Below, piece after piece: positions 15,941 through 24,273 of a stretch of DNA of 64,000 bases. The position numbers and the translations under genes were made by a program. The first letter of the stretch is position 1. Every line of letters begins with the position of its first letter. This DNA comes from Phycisphaerales bacterium (lineage in GTDB: Bacteria; Planctomycetota; Phycisphaerae; Phycisphaerales; UBA1924). Location: positions 265,323 to 329,322 of the forward strand of contig JBBRQY010000003.1 in the NCBI GenBank assembly GCA_038225655.1. The letters are read 5' to 3'. Under the pieces are notes generated by a model. That model did no database searches and was not told where the DNA came from. It was given only the letters and a program-made list of their open reading frames with translations.

Positions 15941-17491
15941 CTAGAACATGCTCAACTGCCGCGTCGCCACCTCACTCGTCACCGGGTGCTCCGGATCCAG
16001 CCGGTACTCGCCCGTGTAGCACGCTGTACACCAGTGCTCCTTCCCCTGCTTCGTCACGCACGCCAGCATTCCCTCCAGCGTGAGGTAGTGCAGGGAATCA
16101 ACGCCAAGAAACACGCGGATTTCCTCCACGGTCTTCTGATGCGCGATCAACTGATCCCGACTCGCAAAGTCCACCCCGAAATAGCACGGATGCCGGATCG
16201 GCGGGCAACTGATCCGCAGGTGTATCTCCTTCGCTCCCGCCTCGCGAAGCTGATTCATCTTCACCTTCGTCGTCGTCCCGCGCACGATCGAATCATCCAC
16301 CACCACCAGTTTCTTCCCCGCCACGATCTCCTTGATCACATTCAGCTTCAGTTTCACCGCTCCCGTGCGCTCTGCCTGCGTCGGCTTGATGAACGTCCGC
16401 CCCACGTAGCGATTCGGAACGATCCCCTCGCGATACTGAATCCCGCTTGCCCGCGCGTACCCGCTCGCCGCGGATCGCCCCGAGTCCGGCATCGGCATCA
16501 CGTAATCTGCCGCCACCGGCGCTTCCATCGCCAGCTTTTCCCCCAATCGCTCTCGCACAATCTGCACATTTTCCCCGAAGACCACGCTCGACGGATTCGC
16601 AAAGTACACGTGCTCAAAGATGCAGTGCGCCCGCCTCGGCGCGGCGTCATCAAACCTTCGGCTCGACATCCCCGCATCCGACAACGTCACAATCTCCCCC
16701 GGCTCCACATCGCGCACGAACTCCGCCCCCACCACATCCAGCGCCACCGTCTCACTCGCCACCACATACCGCCCATCCGCCATCTTCCCGATCGATAGCG
16801 GCCGCCACCCCCACGGGTCCCGCGCCGCCTCAATCCGATCCGGAAACAGAAACACCAGCGAGTACGCCCCCTCCACATGCCGCAACGTCGCCGCCAGCGG
16901 ATCCACGGCCTTCTGTTGCTCCGGCGAAGCCAGCAGATGCACGATCACTTCCGTGTCGCTCGTCGTGTGGAACAGATGCCCCGCCTGCTCGAACCGCGCC
17001 CGCAGCGCATCAGCGTTGATCAGGTTCCCGTTGTGCGCCACCGCCACCTGCCCCCCGACATAACTCTCCAGCAGCGGCTGCGCGTTGCACACCAGCGAGC
17101 CGCCAGCAGTCGAATACCGATTGTGCCCGATCGCCCCGCAGCCGTGTGTGTACGCGCTCCCGTTCGTCCCCTTTCCCTCGCCCTTGGCATCCGCCGCGCC
17201 AGGCCGCGCCGCCCGTTCCAGTTTCTCCACCACCTCGCGCCCGAAAATCTCCGGCACCAGCCCCATCCCCGTCACCGCTTCCAACCGCTTCCCATTGCTC
17301 ACCGCAATCCCCGCCGATTCCTGCCCCCGATGCTGCTGCGCATACATCCCCAGATAACACGTCGTCGCGGACTCCGGCCCGCCCCAGATCCCGAACACCC
17401 CGCACTTCTCTTTCTTCTCGTACGACGCGTCCAACGCGCGCACACCATTCACAGTCGGAGTCAGCACGCGAAGCGGCAGGTGGATGGGCAT
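15941..17491 (-). CDS. purF: amidophosphoribosyltransferase
   Basis: 'CGVFGIWGG...QHRGQESAGIA', a PRPP-binding loop 'VVVDDSIVRGTT', and C-terminal cysteines. Start trimmed to ATG 17491. Confidence 0.9.
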   Translation of the reverse strand: MPIHLPLRVLTPTVNGVRALDASYEKKEKCGVFGIWGGPESATTCYLGMYAQQHRGQESAGIAVSNGKRLEAVTGMGLVPEIFGREVVEKLERAARPGAADAKGEGKGTNGSAYTHGCGAIGHNRYSTAGGSLVCNAQPLLESYVGGQVAVAHNGNLINADALRARFEQAGHLFHTTSDTEVIVHLLASPEQQKAVDPLAATLRHVEGAYSLVFLFPDRIEAARDPWGWRPLSIGKMADGRYVVASETVALDVVGAEFVRDVEPGEIVTLSDAGMSSRRFDDAAPRRAHCIFEHVYFANPSSVVFGENVQIVRERLGEKLAMEAPVAADYVMPMPDSGRSAASGYARASGIQYREGIVPNRYVGRTFIKPTQAERTGAVKLKLNVIKEIVAGKKLVVVDDSIVRGTTTKVKMNQLREAGAKEIHLRISCPPIRHPCYFGVDFASRDQLIAHQKTVEEIRVFLGVDSLHYLTLEGMLACVTKQGKEHWCTACYTGEYRLDPEHPVTSEVATRQLSMF

Positions 17492-17692
17492 TGCCCAAAC
17501 AATACGAGCCCACCACCCCCATCGCCCACCGATCCGACAACTTGACGCGAACAATGCGTGACGGCCTGCGCAACACACGCTGGCACGGGCGGCTCGTCCG
17601 CCAGTGGCAAGCACCGCCGATTCCAGCAACGTGATGGGCCCCTTCACTTCTCCCACCATTTTCCACTTAATGCAATTCATTTGCATCTACGC

Positions 17693-17721
17693 TTGACACC
17701 CCCATTTCCGCCGGGCATACT
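17693..17721 (+). promoter_or_regulatory. sigma-70-like promoter candidate (TTGACA-17 nt-CATACT) ending 6 nt before ATG 17728
   Basis: TTGACA at 17693-17698 and CATACT at 17716-17721. This would give an essentially leaderless mRNA. Confidence 0.3.
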
Positions 17722-17727
17722 CCCCAA

Positions 17728-18120
17728 ATGCGTTCCCGCGGCTTTCATTCCCATTCCGCCCCCCTCGCCGCCCTCCTTGCGCTCTTGGCCGCCATCCTTC
17801 TCCCGGGCCTCCACTCCCACAACCACTCCCACAACCACTCCCACCCCTCCCCCACGAACCCGTCCCACCATCACATCGCGGATTCCTGCTCTTCCTCCGC
17901 CGATCACGACCACCCCACCCCAACCGCCCCGCACGACGAGCACAACTGCCCAATCTGCGAGCTGATCCTCCTCGCACCCGCCCTACCCCGCCCCGATCCC
18001 GCCCCGTCACTGAATCTCATCGCCCCAGAGCAAATCGCGCACCTCCCCCTCGCCGCGCAACGCACCTGCGTGATCGCCCACCCACGATCCCTCCCCGCCC
18101 GCGGCCCGCCAGTCTCCTGA
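17728..18120 (+). CDS. small secreted histidine-rich protein (hypothetical)
   Basis: 130 aa. Signal-like 'APLAALLALLAAILLPGL', then HSHNHSHNHSH...SHHH...DHDH...HDEHNCPICE. Confidence 0.5.
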   Translation: MRSRGFHSHSAPLAALLALLAAILLPGLHSHNHSHNHSHPSPTNPSHHHIADSCSSSADHDHPTPTAPHDEHNCPICELILLAPALPRPDPAPSLNLIAPEQIAHLPLAAQRTCVIAHPRSLPARGPPVS

Positions 18121-18205
18121 ACGGCTTCACTCACCCTCAACCCGTTCCGTTGAACCACTCGCACGCCGCGCCGCGCACGTTCGCGATCGCCCTGAGACCA
18201 TTTCC

Positions 18206-18988
18206 ATGTCACCCAAGACCTTCCGCCCCTCCGGCCCGCGCCGGGGGTCCGTCATCGCGTTCACACTCATCGAACTCCTCGTCGTCATCGCCATCATCGC
18301 CCTCCTCGTCGGCCTCCTCCTCCCCGCGCTCGGGAAGGCACGCCTCGCCGGACGCCAAGCCGTCACCCTCGCACGCCTCCGCGACATGGGCATCGGTGCC
18401 GCCGCGTACGCACATGATTTCCGCGACCAGCTCCCCGCCCTCGAATCCCGCGAAGAAAAGGCCTTTATCGGTTTTGAGGTACTCGCCCAGAACAACAACA
18501 TCCCGTACCAGGCCTTCCTCAATCCCAACACCCGCGACACCCTCGCCACGCTCGAAACCGACGACCACCGGCCCGTCCTCGCCGACATATCCGGCACCGC
18601 CATCGAAAACGCTGTCACGGTCTCGCCCGCGGACGTCCCCAACATCGCCTGGCACTGCTCGTTCTCTTTCGACAACGACAAGCAACTCGACAAGGCCTGG
18701 AAGCCCGTCATCTACATGGGCGATCGCGCCGACTACACCACCGGAACCACCTTCTCCGCCAACTGGAACACCAAGGGCATGTGCGTTCTCTGGACCGATC
18801 AGCACGCCGCCTTCGCCAAGTCCCGCTCCATCAAAGATCAGAGCGACCCCAACATGTACCACCACAACGAGTTCAATGGCGAAGGCGCGGCCGAATCTCG
18901 CGACCTTATCAACGTTACCCAGAGCACTCTCGACACCCATCTCCGCTTCTTCAGCGAAGATGAGGACGACGCGCTCCTCCCCAACTGA
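18206..18988 (+). CDS. prepilin-type N-terminal cleavage/methylation domain protein (DUF1559-like)
   Basis: 'IAFTLIELLVVIAIIALLVGLLLPALGKAR' is the canonical planctomycete-type pseudopilin N-terminus. Confidence 0.8.
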   Translation: MSPKTFRPSGPRRGSVIAFTLIELLVVIAIIALLVGLLLPALGKARLAGRQAVTLARLRDMGIGAAAYAHDFRDQLPALESREEKAFIGFEVLAQNNNIPYQAFLNPNTRDTLATLETDDHRPVLADISGTAIENAVTVSPADVPNIAWHCSFSFDNDKQLDKAWKPVIYMGDRADYTTGTTFSANWNTKGMCVLWTDQHAAFAKSRSIKDQSDPNMYHHNEFNGEGAAESRDLINVTQSTLDTHLRFFSEDEDDALLPN

Positions 18989-19121
18989 ACCTGCAATCCC
19001 GAACAGCCTGGTCAAGCCACGCGTATATTAACTGGCAGCGTTGGAACCTCGGGAAGGGCGTTTCCACCGGCGCACCATCCCCCGAACCCGGTGTCCCCTT
19101 CATCACAGGAGCAAACAGTCC

Positions 19122-20240
19122 ATGGATCTGACTGTTTCATTTCGTGCGGCGCGTATGTTGATTGCGCCGGCTCTCCTCTTCGCCATTGCACTCCCCGCGC
19201 TCGCCCAATCCTGCGCCGACCATGGCGTACCGATCAACGGCTTCCCCAAATGGCAGGAGCGAGCTGCATTCGTTCTCACCAACGCCTGCCGCATCGCGCC
19301 CGTGCCCTATCGCACAACCTACCTCCCCTCCGCCTCCACGATTCTCCAGCCCACCGTGTACCCAGCTGTCGCGCCACTCCAGTGGTCCCTCGGCCTGAAC
19401 CAGTCTTCGCGTGCTCAATCGATCGATCTCGCCACCACTTCCCAATGCGGCTTTCAGCACGACTCCTGCAACGGCACCCCTTGGAACGTCCGCATCGCCT
19501 CGTATTATCCAGGCGCCGCCTCACTCGCGGAAAACATCGCCGCCGGGTACACCGATCCCCTTTCCACCATAAACGCCCTGCTCCTCGACTCCACCAACGG
19601 CGTTCCCGCTGCCGACGGCGCACCCTCCGACGGCCACCGACGCAACATCATGTCCTCCGCGCTCACCCAGCTTGGCTGCGGCTACGCAACCGGCCCCAAT
19701 GCCTACGTTCGCTACTGGACACAGGACTTTGCCCGCCCGCTCTCGGCCGCCCCCATCTGCTCTCCCGTCGCCGCCGGCTCGCACATTATCCAGAACGGCT
19801 CAGTCGTCTTCCTCGCCACCTTCTACGACGTCCAGAACACCGCACCCGCAAGCGCGAACATCATCATCAATACTGTGAGCTCTGCCCTCACTCTCCATCT
19901 CGGCACCCCCGCCCGCGGCACCTACCGCCTCACCTCCCCCTCCGGCCCCACTTGCCGCTCCTATCACTTCGAGTTCCGCGACGCCGCGGGGACGCTCTGG
20001 CGCTACCCCGCCCGCGGCGAACTCCGCACCTTCGGCGAAGGCCCCTGTGCCGAGGACTACCTCCCCGGCCCCACCTGCCCAGCGGATTTCGACGGGTCCG
20101 GAGCCCTCACCGTCAACGACATCTTCTCCTTCATCTCCGCCTGGTTCGCCGGCGACGCCCGCTCTGATTTCAACCACGCTGGCGGCATTAACACCGCCGA
20201 TGTGTTTGACTACCTTTCCGCGTGGTTCTCCGGCTGCTAG
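19122..20240 (+). CDS. CAP/SCP (PR-1-like) domain secreted protein with C-terminal twin dockerin-like repeats
   Basis: Start at ATG 19122 with signal peptide 'MLIAPALLFAIALPALAQS'. 'GHRRNIMSSALTQLGCGYA' is CAP-like. C-terminus 'DFDGSGALTVNDIFSFISAWFAGDARSDFNHAGGINTADVFDYLSAWFSGC'. Confidence 0.75.
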   Translation: MDLTVSFRAARMLIAPALLFAIALPALAQSCADHGVPINGFPKWQERAAFVLTNACRIAPVPYRTTYLPSASTILQPTVYPAVAPLQWSLGLNQSSRAQSIDLATTSQCGFQHDSCNGTPWNVRIASYYPGAASLAENIAAGYTDPLSTINALLLDSTNGVPAADGAPSDGHRRNIMSSALTQLGCGYATGPNAYVRYWTQDFARPLSAAPICSPVAAGSHIIQNGSVVFLATFYDVQNTAPASANIIINTVSSALTLHLGTPARGTYRLTSPSGPTCRSYHFEFRDAAGTLWRYPARGELRTFGEGPCAEDYLPGPTCPADFDGSGALTVNDIFSFISAWFAGDARSDFNHAGGINTADVFDYLSAWFSGC

Positions 20241-20468
20241 CCCCCAACAAACGCCTGAACCACCCCAGCCACCCCTTGACCCCGACCACTTCCCTGCCTT
20301 TACTCTCCCCCCTGTCATCTTGTTGATGCCCGGATCTCACCCAGCCGGACCGCAGCCGCGGCCCTCCGGCACAGATCGCTTGCCCCAATCCCCAATCGGC
20401 AAGCACGTCGGCCAGCCACGGACACGCCTGTCCCCCCGGCTCGGTCGAACGACGGAAGGATTCTCGCC

Positions 20469-21068
20469 ATGGCCCGTTACACAGGTCCCAAGCTCAAGTT
20501 GTCCCGACGCATCGGCACCCCGATCGAGGACATACCCAAGCACACGTCCAAGCGCTCCCTCACGCCCCCCGGCATGCACGGCTACCGCGGCCGCCGCCTG
20601 CGCGACTTCGGCGTCCGCCTGAACGAGAAGCAGAAGGTCCGCTTCCACTACCACGTCCTTGAGCGTCAGTTCCGTCGCTACATCGAAGAGGCCGGCCGTC
20701 TCCCCGGCAACACCGGCGAGATGCTCCTCCGCCTGCTCGAGCGCCGTCTTGATAACGTCGTCCGCCGCGCTGGCCTTGCCCGCACCATCTGGGCCGCCCG
20801 CCAGATCGTCGCCCACGGCCACATCCTGGTCAACGGCCACAAATGCGACCGCCCCAGCTATTCGGTGGACATCGGCGACTCGGTTACCGTCAAGACCAAG
20901 CTCCACAAGCTCGTTCGCGAGAACATGGAGTCCCTGTCCGGCCACGAGGTTCCCGGTTGGATCGACTTCAACCCCGGTGAGCTGACGATCAAGATCGTCT
21001 CCCTCCCCACCTCCGACCAGATCCCCTTCGACGTCAACCCCAACCTTATTATCGAATACTACCGGTAA
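20469..21068 (+). CDS. rpsD: 30S ribosomal protein S4
   Basis: 'MARYTGPKLKLSRRIG...', 199 aa, with an S4 RNA-binding domain. Confidence 0.95.
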   Translation: MARYTGPKLKLSRRIGTPIEDIPKHTSKRSLTPPGMHGYRGRRLRDFGVRLNEKQKVRFHYHVLERQFRRYIEEAGRLPGNTGEMLLRLLERRLDNVVRRAGLARTIWAARQIVAHGHILVNGHKCDRPSYSVDIGDSVTVKTKLHKLVRENMESLSGHEVPGWIDFNPGELTIKIVSLPTSDQIPFDVNPNLIIEYYR

Positions 21069-21090
21069 TCCGCAAAGTAACGGAGTACGA

Positions 21091-21151
21091 AGTGACGAAG
21101 TGACGGAGTACGAGAGTCCATCGACTCGCTCCCCCACTTCGTCACTTTTTT
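21091..21151 (+). terminator. rho-independent terminator candidate after rpsD
   Basis: 12-bp perfect stem AGTGACGAAGTG (21091-21102) / CACTTCGTCACT (21135-21146), followed directly by a T-run (21146-21151). Confidence 0.55.
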
Positions 21152-21185
21152 ACTTCGTGACTCCGTCACTTCTGGACCCCTCTCA

Positions 21186-23147
21186 ATGCTCAAGTTCCTT
21201 CGCAAGTACAACACCTACATTCTGGTCGTCGGCGGCTGCCTGCTCATGGTCGCCTTCCTCCTCCAGGGCGTCCTCAGCGATCTGTCCAAGCGCGGCCTCT
21301 TCGGCGGCACCGCTTTCAAGATCGGCTCCAAGAAGGTCACCCAGGAAGAGTTCGGTCTTTCCGCCCGTGAGTACGGCGCCGTCACGCTTGTCATTGATTC
21401 AGCTGGCATCTTCAGCGGCCGCGCCGGCGTCGCCGCGCTCGGTGGCGGCGAAAACGCCGAACACTGGTATCTCCTCACCCGCGAAGCCGAGCTTGCCGGC
21501 CTCGTCGGCGGCCCCCACGACGGCGACGACTATCTCGAAGAAATCTCCCGCGAGATGGCCCAACGCATCTCCCGCGACTCCACCCAGGTCGAAACCTATC
21601 GCGTCTTCATCCGCCTCCGGATGGATAGCGCTATGGATACCGCCATGGGTCAGGCCCACCTTACCCCCGACCAACTCAAAGGCGCGTTCGCCAAACTCCG
21701 CGGCGCAGTCCGCCTGCAGAACGCCTACATGGGCTCGGCCCGCTACTCCGCCCGCCGGCTCGCCTCCGTCGCCCGCTCCAAGGAAGACGCCGTCGCCATC
21801 GACTACTTCCTCGTCCCCGCCGACCGCGAACTCACCGGCATTCCCGATCCCGACGAGGCCGCGATCAAGGCCCACTACGAGAAGTTCAAGGAGACTCCCC
21901 GCGGCTCCGGCGACTTCGGCATCGGCTACAAGCTTCCCCCGCGCATTAAGCTCGAATGGCTCGAACTGAATCGTCAGCTCATCGCCGACGCCGTCACCGT
22001 TGACGGCGTCGAAGTCGAGAAGCGCTTCCTCGCCCTCTATCCCAACGGCCAGGTCCCCGACGGCAAAACCGTCGAGGGCGAACACTCCCGCATCGAGACC
22101 GATGTCCGCAAGGAACTCGCCGACAAGATCCTTAAAACCGCCGACCTCGTCATCCGCGGCGAGCTGGATCGCCCCTTGCGCAAACTCGACCGCGACGGCG
22201 ACTACGTCAAGCTCCCCGCCGACTGGGCGACCGTCAAGCCCGACTTCAATCGCATTCGCGACGCGGTTTCCGCCCGCCTCCTCGATCAGTACAAGATCGT
22301 GATCCCCGCTCCACGCGTCACCACGCGCGCCGCGAACTGGATCGAGCAGGGCGAAATCCGCAACCTCGAAGGCATCGGCGCTGCCTACGCCAAGCGCGGC
22401 CAATCCACCCGCATGGCGGACGCCATCTTCTTCGGCGTCCGCGAAATCGCCGATCCTGCCTCCGCCGAGCCCGGCTTCCAGGTCGGCGTGCCCTTCCCCG
22501 AAGCCATCGACAACGCCGCCGGCAACAAGTACTACTTCACCATCCTTGACGCCCGCAAGGAATCCCCCCCGGACTCCATGGAGGACGTCCGCCCCGAAAT
22601 CGTCAAGAACATCAAACGCCTCGCGGCCTACGAGAAGCTCAAGCTCGCTGAGCCGGGCCTCAAGAACCTTGCCGTCACGCAGGGATTGGATGCCATCGCC
22701 AAGGTCCCCGCCGGCTCCTCCGAAATTCCCCTCGGCGTCCGCCCGAACACCATCAGCCGCAGACAAGCCGCCGTCGGCATGGACGCCGGCTCGCAGGCCC
22801 TTGACACCCCTGTCTTCCGCGAGGGCGTCTTGGCCGCCACCGCTTCGCTGGATCCGATGGCCGATCTTACCAAGCTCGATCCCGCCCTTACCACCTTCTC
22901 CATGCCCTTGGACAAGGCCCTCTCCATCTGCGTCTACCGGGCCAAGAAAATTCTCCCCCTCACCGCTGAAAAGTTCCGCACCAACCAGAACTCGCTTGCA
23001 TTCCAGGCCTCCCGCGACGAGTTCGGCTCGGATCCGAACGATAACCCCTTCAGCTTCGAGGAAATGAAGCAACGCCTCGGCGTCACCGACCCCGATGGCC
23101 GCTCCCTAAAGAGCGACAAGGACAAGAAAGACGCGGCCAAGCAGTAA
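21186..23147 (+). CDS. membrane-anchored periplasmic protein, PpiD/SurA-N-like N-terminus (function uncertain)
   Basis: 653 aa. 'MLKFLRKYNTYILVVGGCLLMVAFLLQG' resembles the PpiD-type N-terminal anchor. No clear rotamase motif was recognised. Confidence 0.55.
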   Translation: MLKFLRKYNTYILVVGGCLLMVAFLLQGVLSDLSKRGLFGGTAFKIGSKKVTQEEFGLSAREYGAVTLVIDSAGIFSGRAGVAALGGGENAEHWYLLTREAELAGLVGGPHDGDDYLEEISREMAQRISRDSTQVETYRVFIRLRMDSAMDTAMGQAHLTPDQLKGAFAKLRGAVRLQNAYMGSARYSARRLASVARSKEDAVAIDYFLVPADRELTGIPDPDEAAIKAHYEKFKETPRGSGDFGIGYKLPPRIKLEWLELNRQLIADAVTVDGVEVEKRFLALYPNGQVPDGKTVEGEHSRIETDVRKELADKILKTADLVIRGELDRPLRKLDRDGDYVKLPADWATVKPDFNRIRDAVSARLLDQYKIVIPAPRVTTRAANWIEQGEIRNLEGIGAAYAKRGQSTRMADAIFFGVREIADPASAEPGFQVGVPFPEAIDNAAGNKYYFTILDARKESPPDSMEDVRPEIVKNIKRLAAYEKLKLAEPGLKNLAVTQGLDAIAKVPAGSSEIPLGVRPNTISRRQAAVGMDAGSQALDTPVFREGVLAATASLDPMADLTKLDPALTTFSMPLDKALSICVYRAKKILPLTAEKFRTNQNSLAFQASRDEFGSDPNDNPFSFEEMKQRLGVTDPDGRSLKSDKDKKDAAKQ

Positions 23148-23221
23148 CCGCATGACACGCCCGGGATGAGCGACGCCTTGGGAGCGAATCCCGCAGATGT
23201 TGCTCATTTCCCTCTTCCACG

Positions 23222-24220
23222 TCACTCCCCTTCATTCATCCCCTGCGTCATCGCTCCACCGATCGACCTCCGCGTCATTTGCGGCAGCGACGCCGGCAAG
23301 CCACCCGGCCAGAGCGATCGCACCCCTTCCCGCACAATCCGCAGCCCCCCCATCATCGCCAGCCCCAGCGACGGCCGCGGCTTCAACGCATTCCGCCGCA
23401 CCAGCAGCGCGGTTACATCATCGTTGAATACATCCCGCAGATCGTCCGCGGCCACATCCCCGCGCAACGCCGCGATCCGTGACAACAGTTCGCGCACGAA
23501 CGTCTCCGGCCGCGACGGGTCCCCCTCCGCGAGCACGCGCCGCAGCCCCTCGTGCCCCAGCAGCCGTCCATCCGCATCCGTCGCCTCGATCAGCGAATCC
23601 GTGTAGAACAACACCAGATCATCCGGCCGCAGATGCACGCTCGTCGCCGGATACATGGTCTCCTCGATAATCCCCAGCGGCAGATTCGTCGGCCCCGTAC
23701 CACCCTCCCCCGGCACGATCATCCCCCACTCTCCCCTCTTGGCATCAAAACGCATCGGCCGCGGATGCCCCGCGTTCGAGACCGCCAGTTCATCCGTCGG
23801 CGAGAAATACGTCGCCACCACCGCTGTGGCAAACAGCACCCCTGCGCCCGCGTTTTCCAGGCCCTCCTCCCCGATCACTCCAAACTCCCGGTTCACGCGC
23901 GCCACCAGATCGGCCTGATCGATCGAGTTCGTGTGCTTCCGCATGAGCCGCCGCAACGCATCGGCCGCCTTCGCCACCGGCGCGCCATGCCCCGAAACAT
24001 CCGCCACGATCAGCCGCGTGATCCGCCCCGTGGCGCAGTTCGTCACGTAATGGATGTCCCCCCCCGCTTCCCCCGAATCGTCCCCCGCCCGATACGGCAG
24101 CGAATACACCCAGGCATCCAGCCCCGGCATCACGACACCATTGTCAATGGCGCGATTGCCGCCCCATACCTCCATACAGGCCATGACGTGCTGCCCCGCC
24201 TCATTGCCTTGATGCCTCAT
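23222..24220 (-). CDS. PP2C/SpoIIE-family serine phosphatase
   Basis: 'GGDIHYV...LIVADVSGHGAPVAKAA...', 'LVLFYTDSLIEA' are typical SpoIIE/RsbU-type motifs. Confidence 0.8.
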   Translation of the reverse strand: MRHQGNEAGQHVMACMEVWGGNRAIDNGVVMPGLDAWVYSLPYRAGDDSGEAGGDIHYVTNCATGRITRLIVADVSGHGAPVAKAADALRRLMRKHTNSIDQADLVARVNREFGVIGEEGLENAGAGVLFATAVVATYFSPTDELAVSNAGHPRPMRFDAKRGEWGMIVPGEGGTGPTNLPLGIIEETMYPATSVHLRPDDLVLFYTDSLIEATDADGRLLGHEGLRRVLAEGDPSRPETFVRELLSRIAALRGDVAADDLRDVFNDDVTALLVRRNALKPRPSLGLAMMGGLRIVREGVRSLWPGGLPASLPQMTRRSIGGAMTQGMNEGE

Positions 24221-24236
24221 GCCTTGATGCCTTCCT

Positions 24237-24271
24237 CACATCCGACATACGACATCGCACATCCGACATTC
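24237..24271. repeat. degenerate heptamer array (SACATNN)x5, intergenic
   Basis: cacatcc gacatac gacatcg cacatcc gacattc. Near-copy of the array at 24631-24665. Confidence 0.8.
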
Positions 24272-24273
24272 CG

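Noticed and set aside
17140-17230. Possible extra ~20-aa segment in PurF (ERAARPGAADAKGEGKGTNGSAYTHG) as another repeat-element insertion
   Set aside because: No palindrome or tandem repeat is visible in the underlying DNA beyond a short GCCGCGCC duplication. It could be ordinary loop variation, so it is not reported as a finding.
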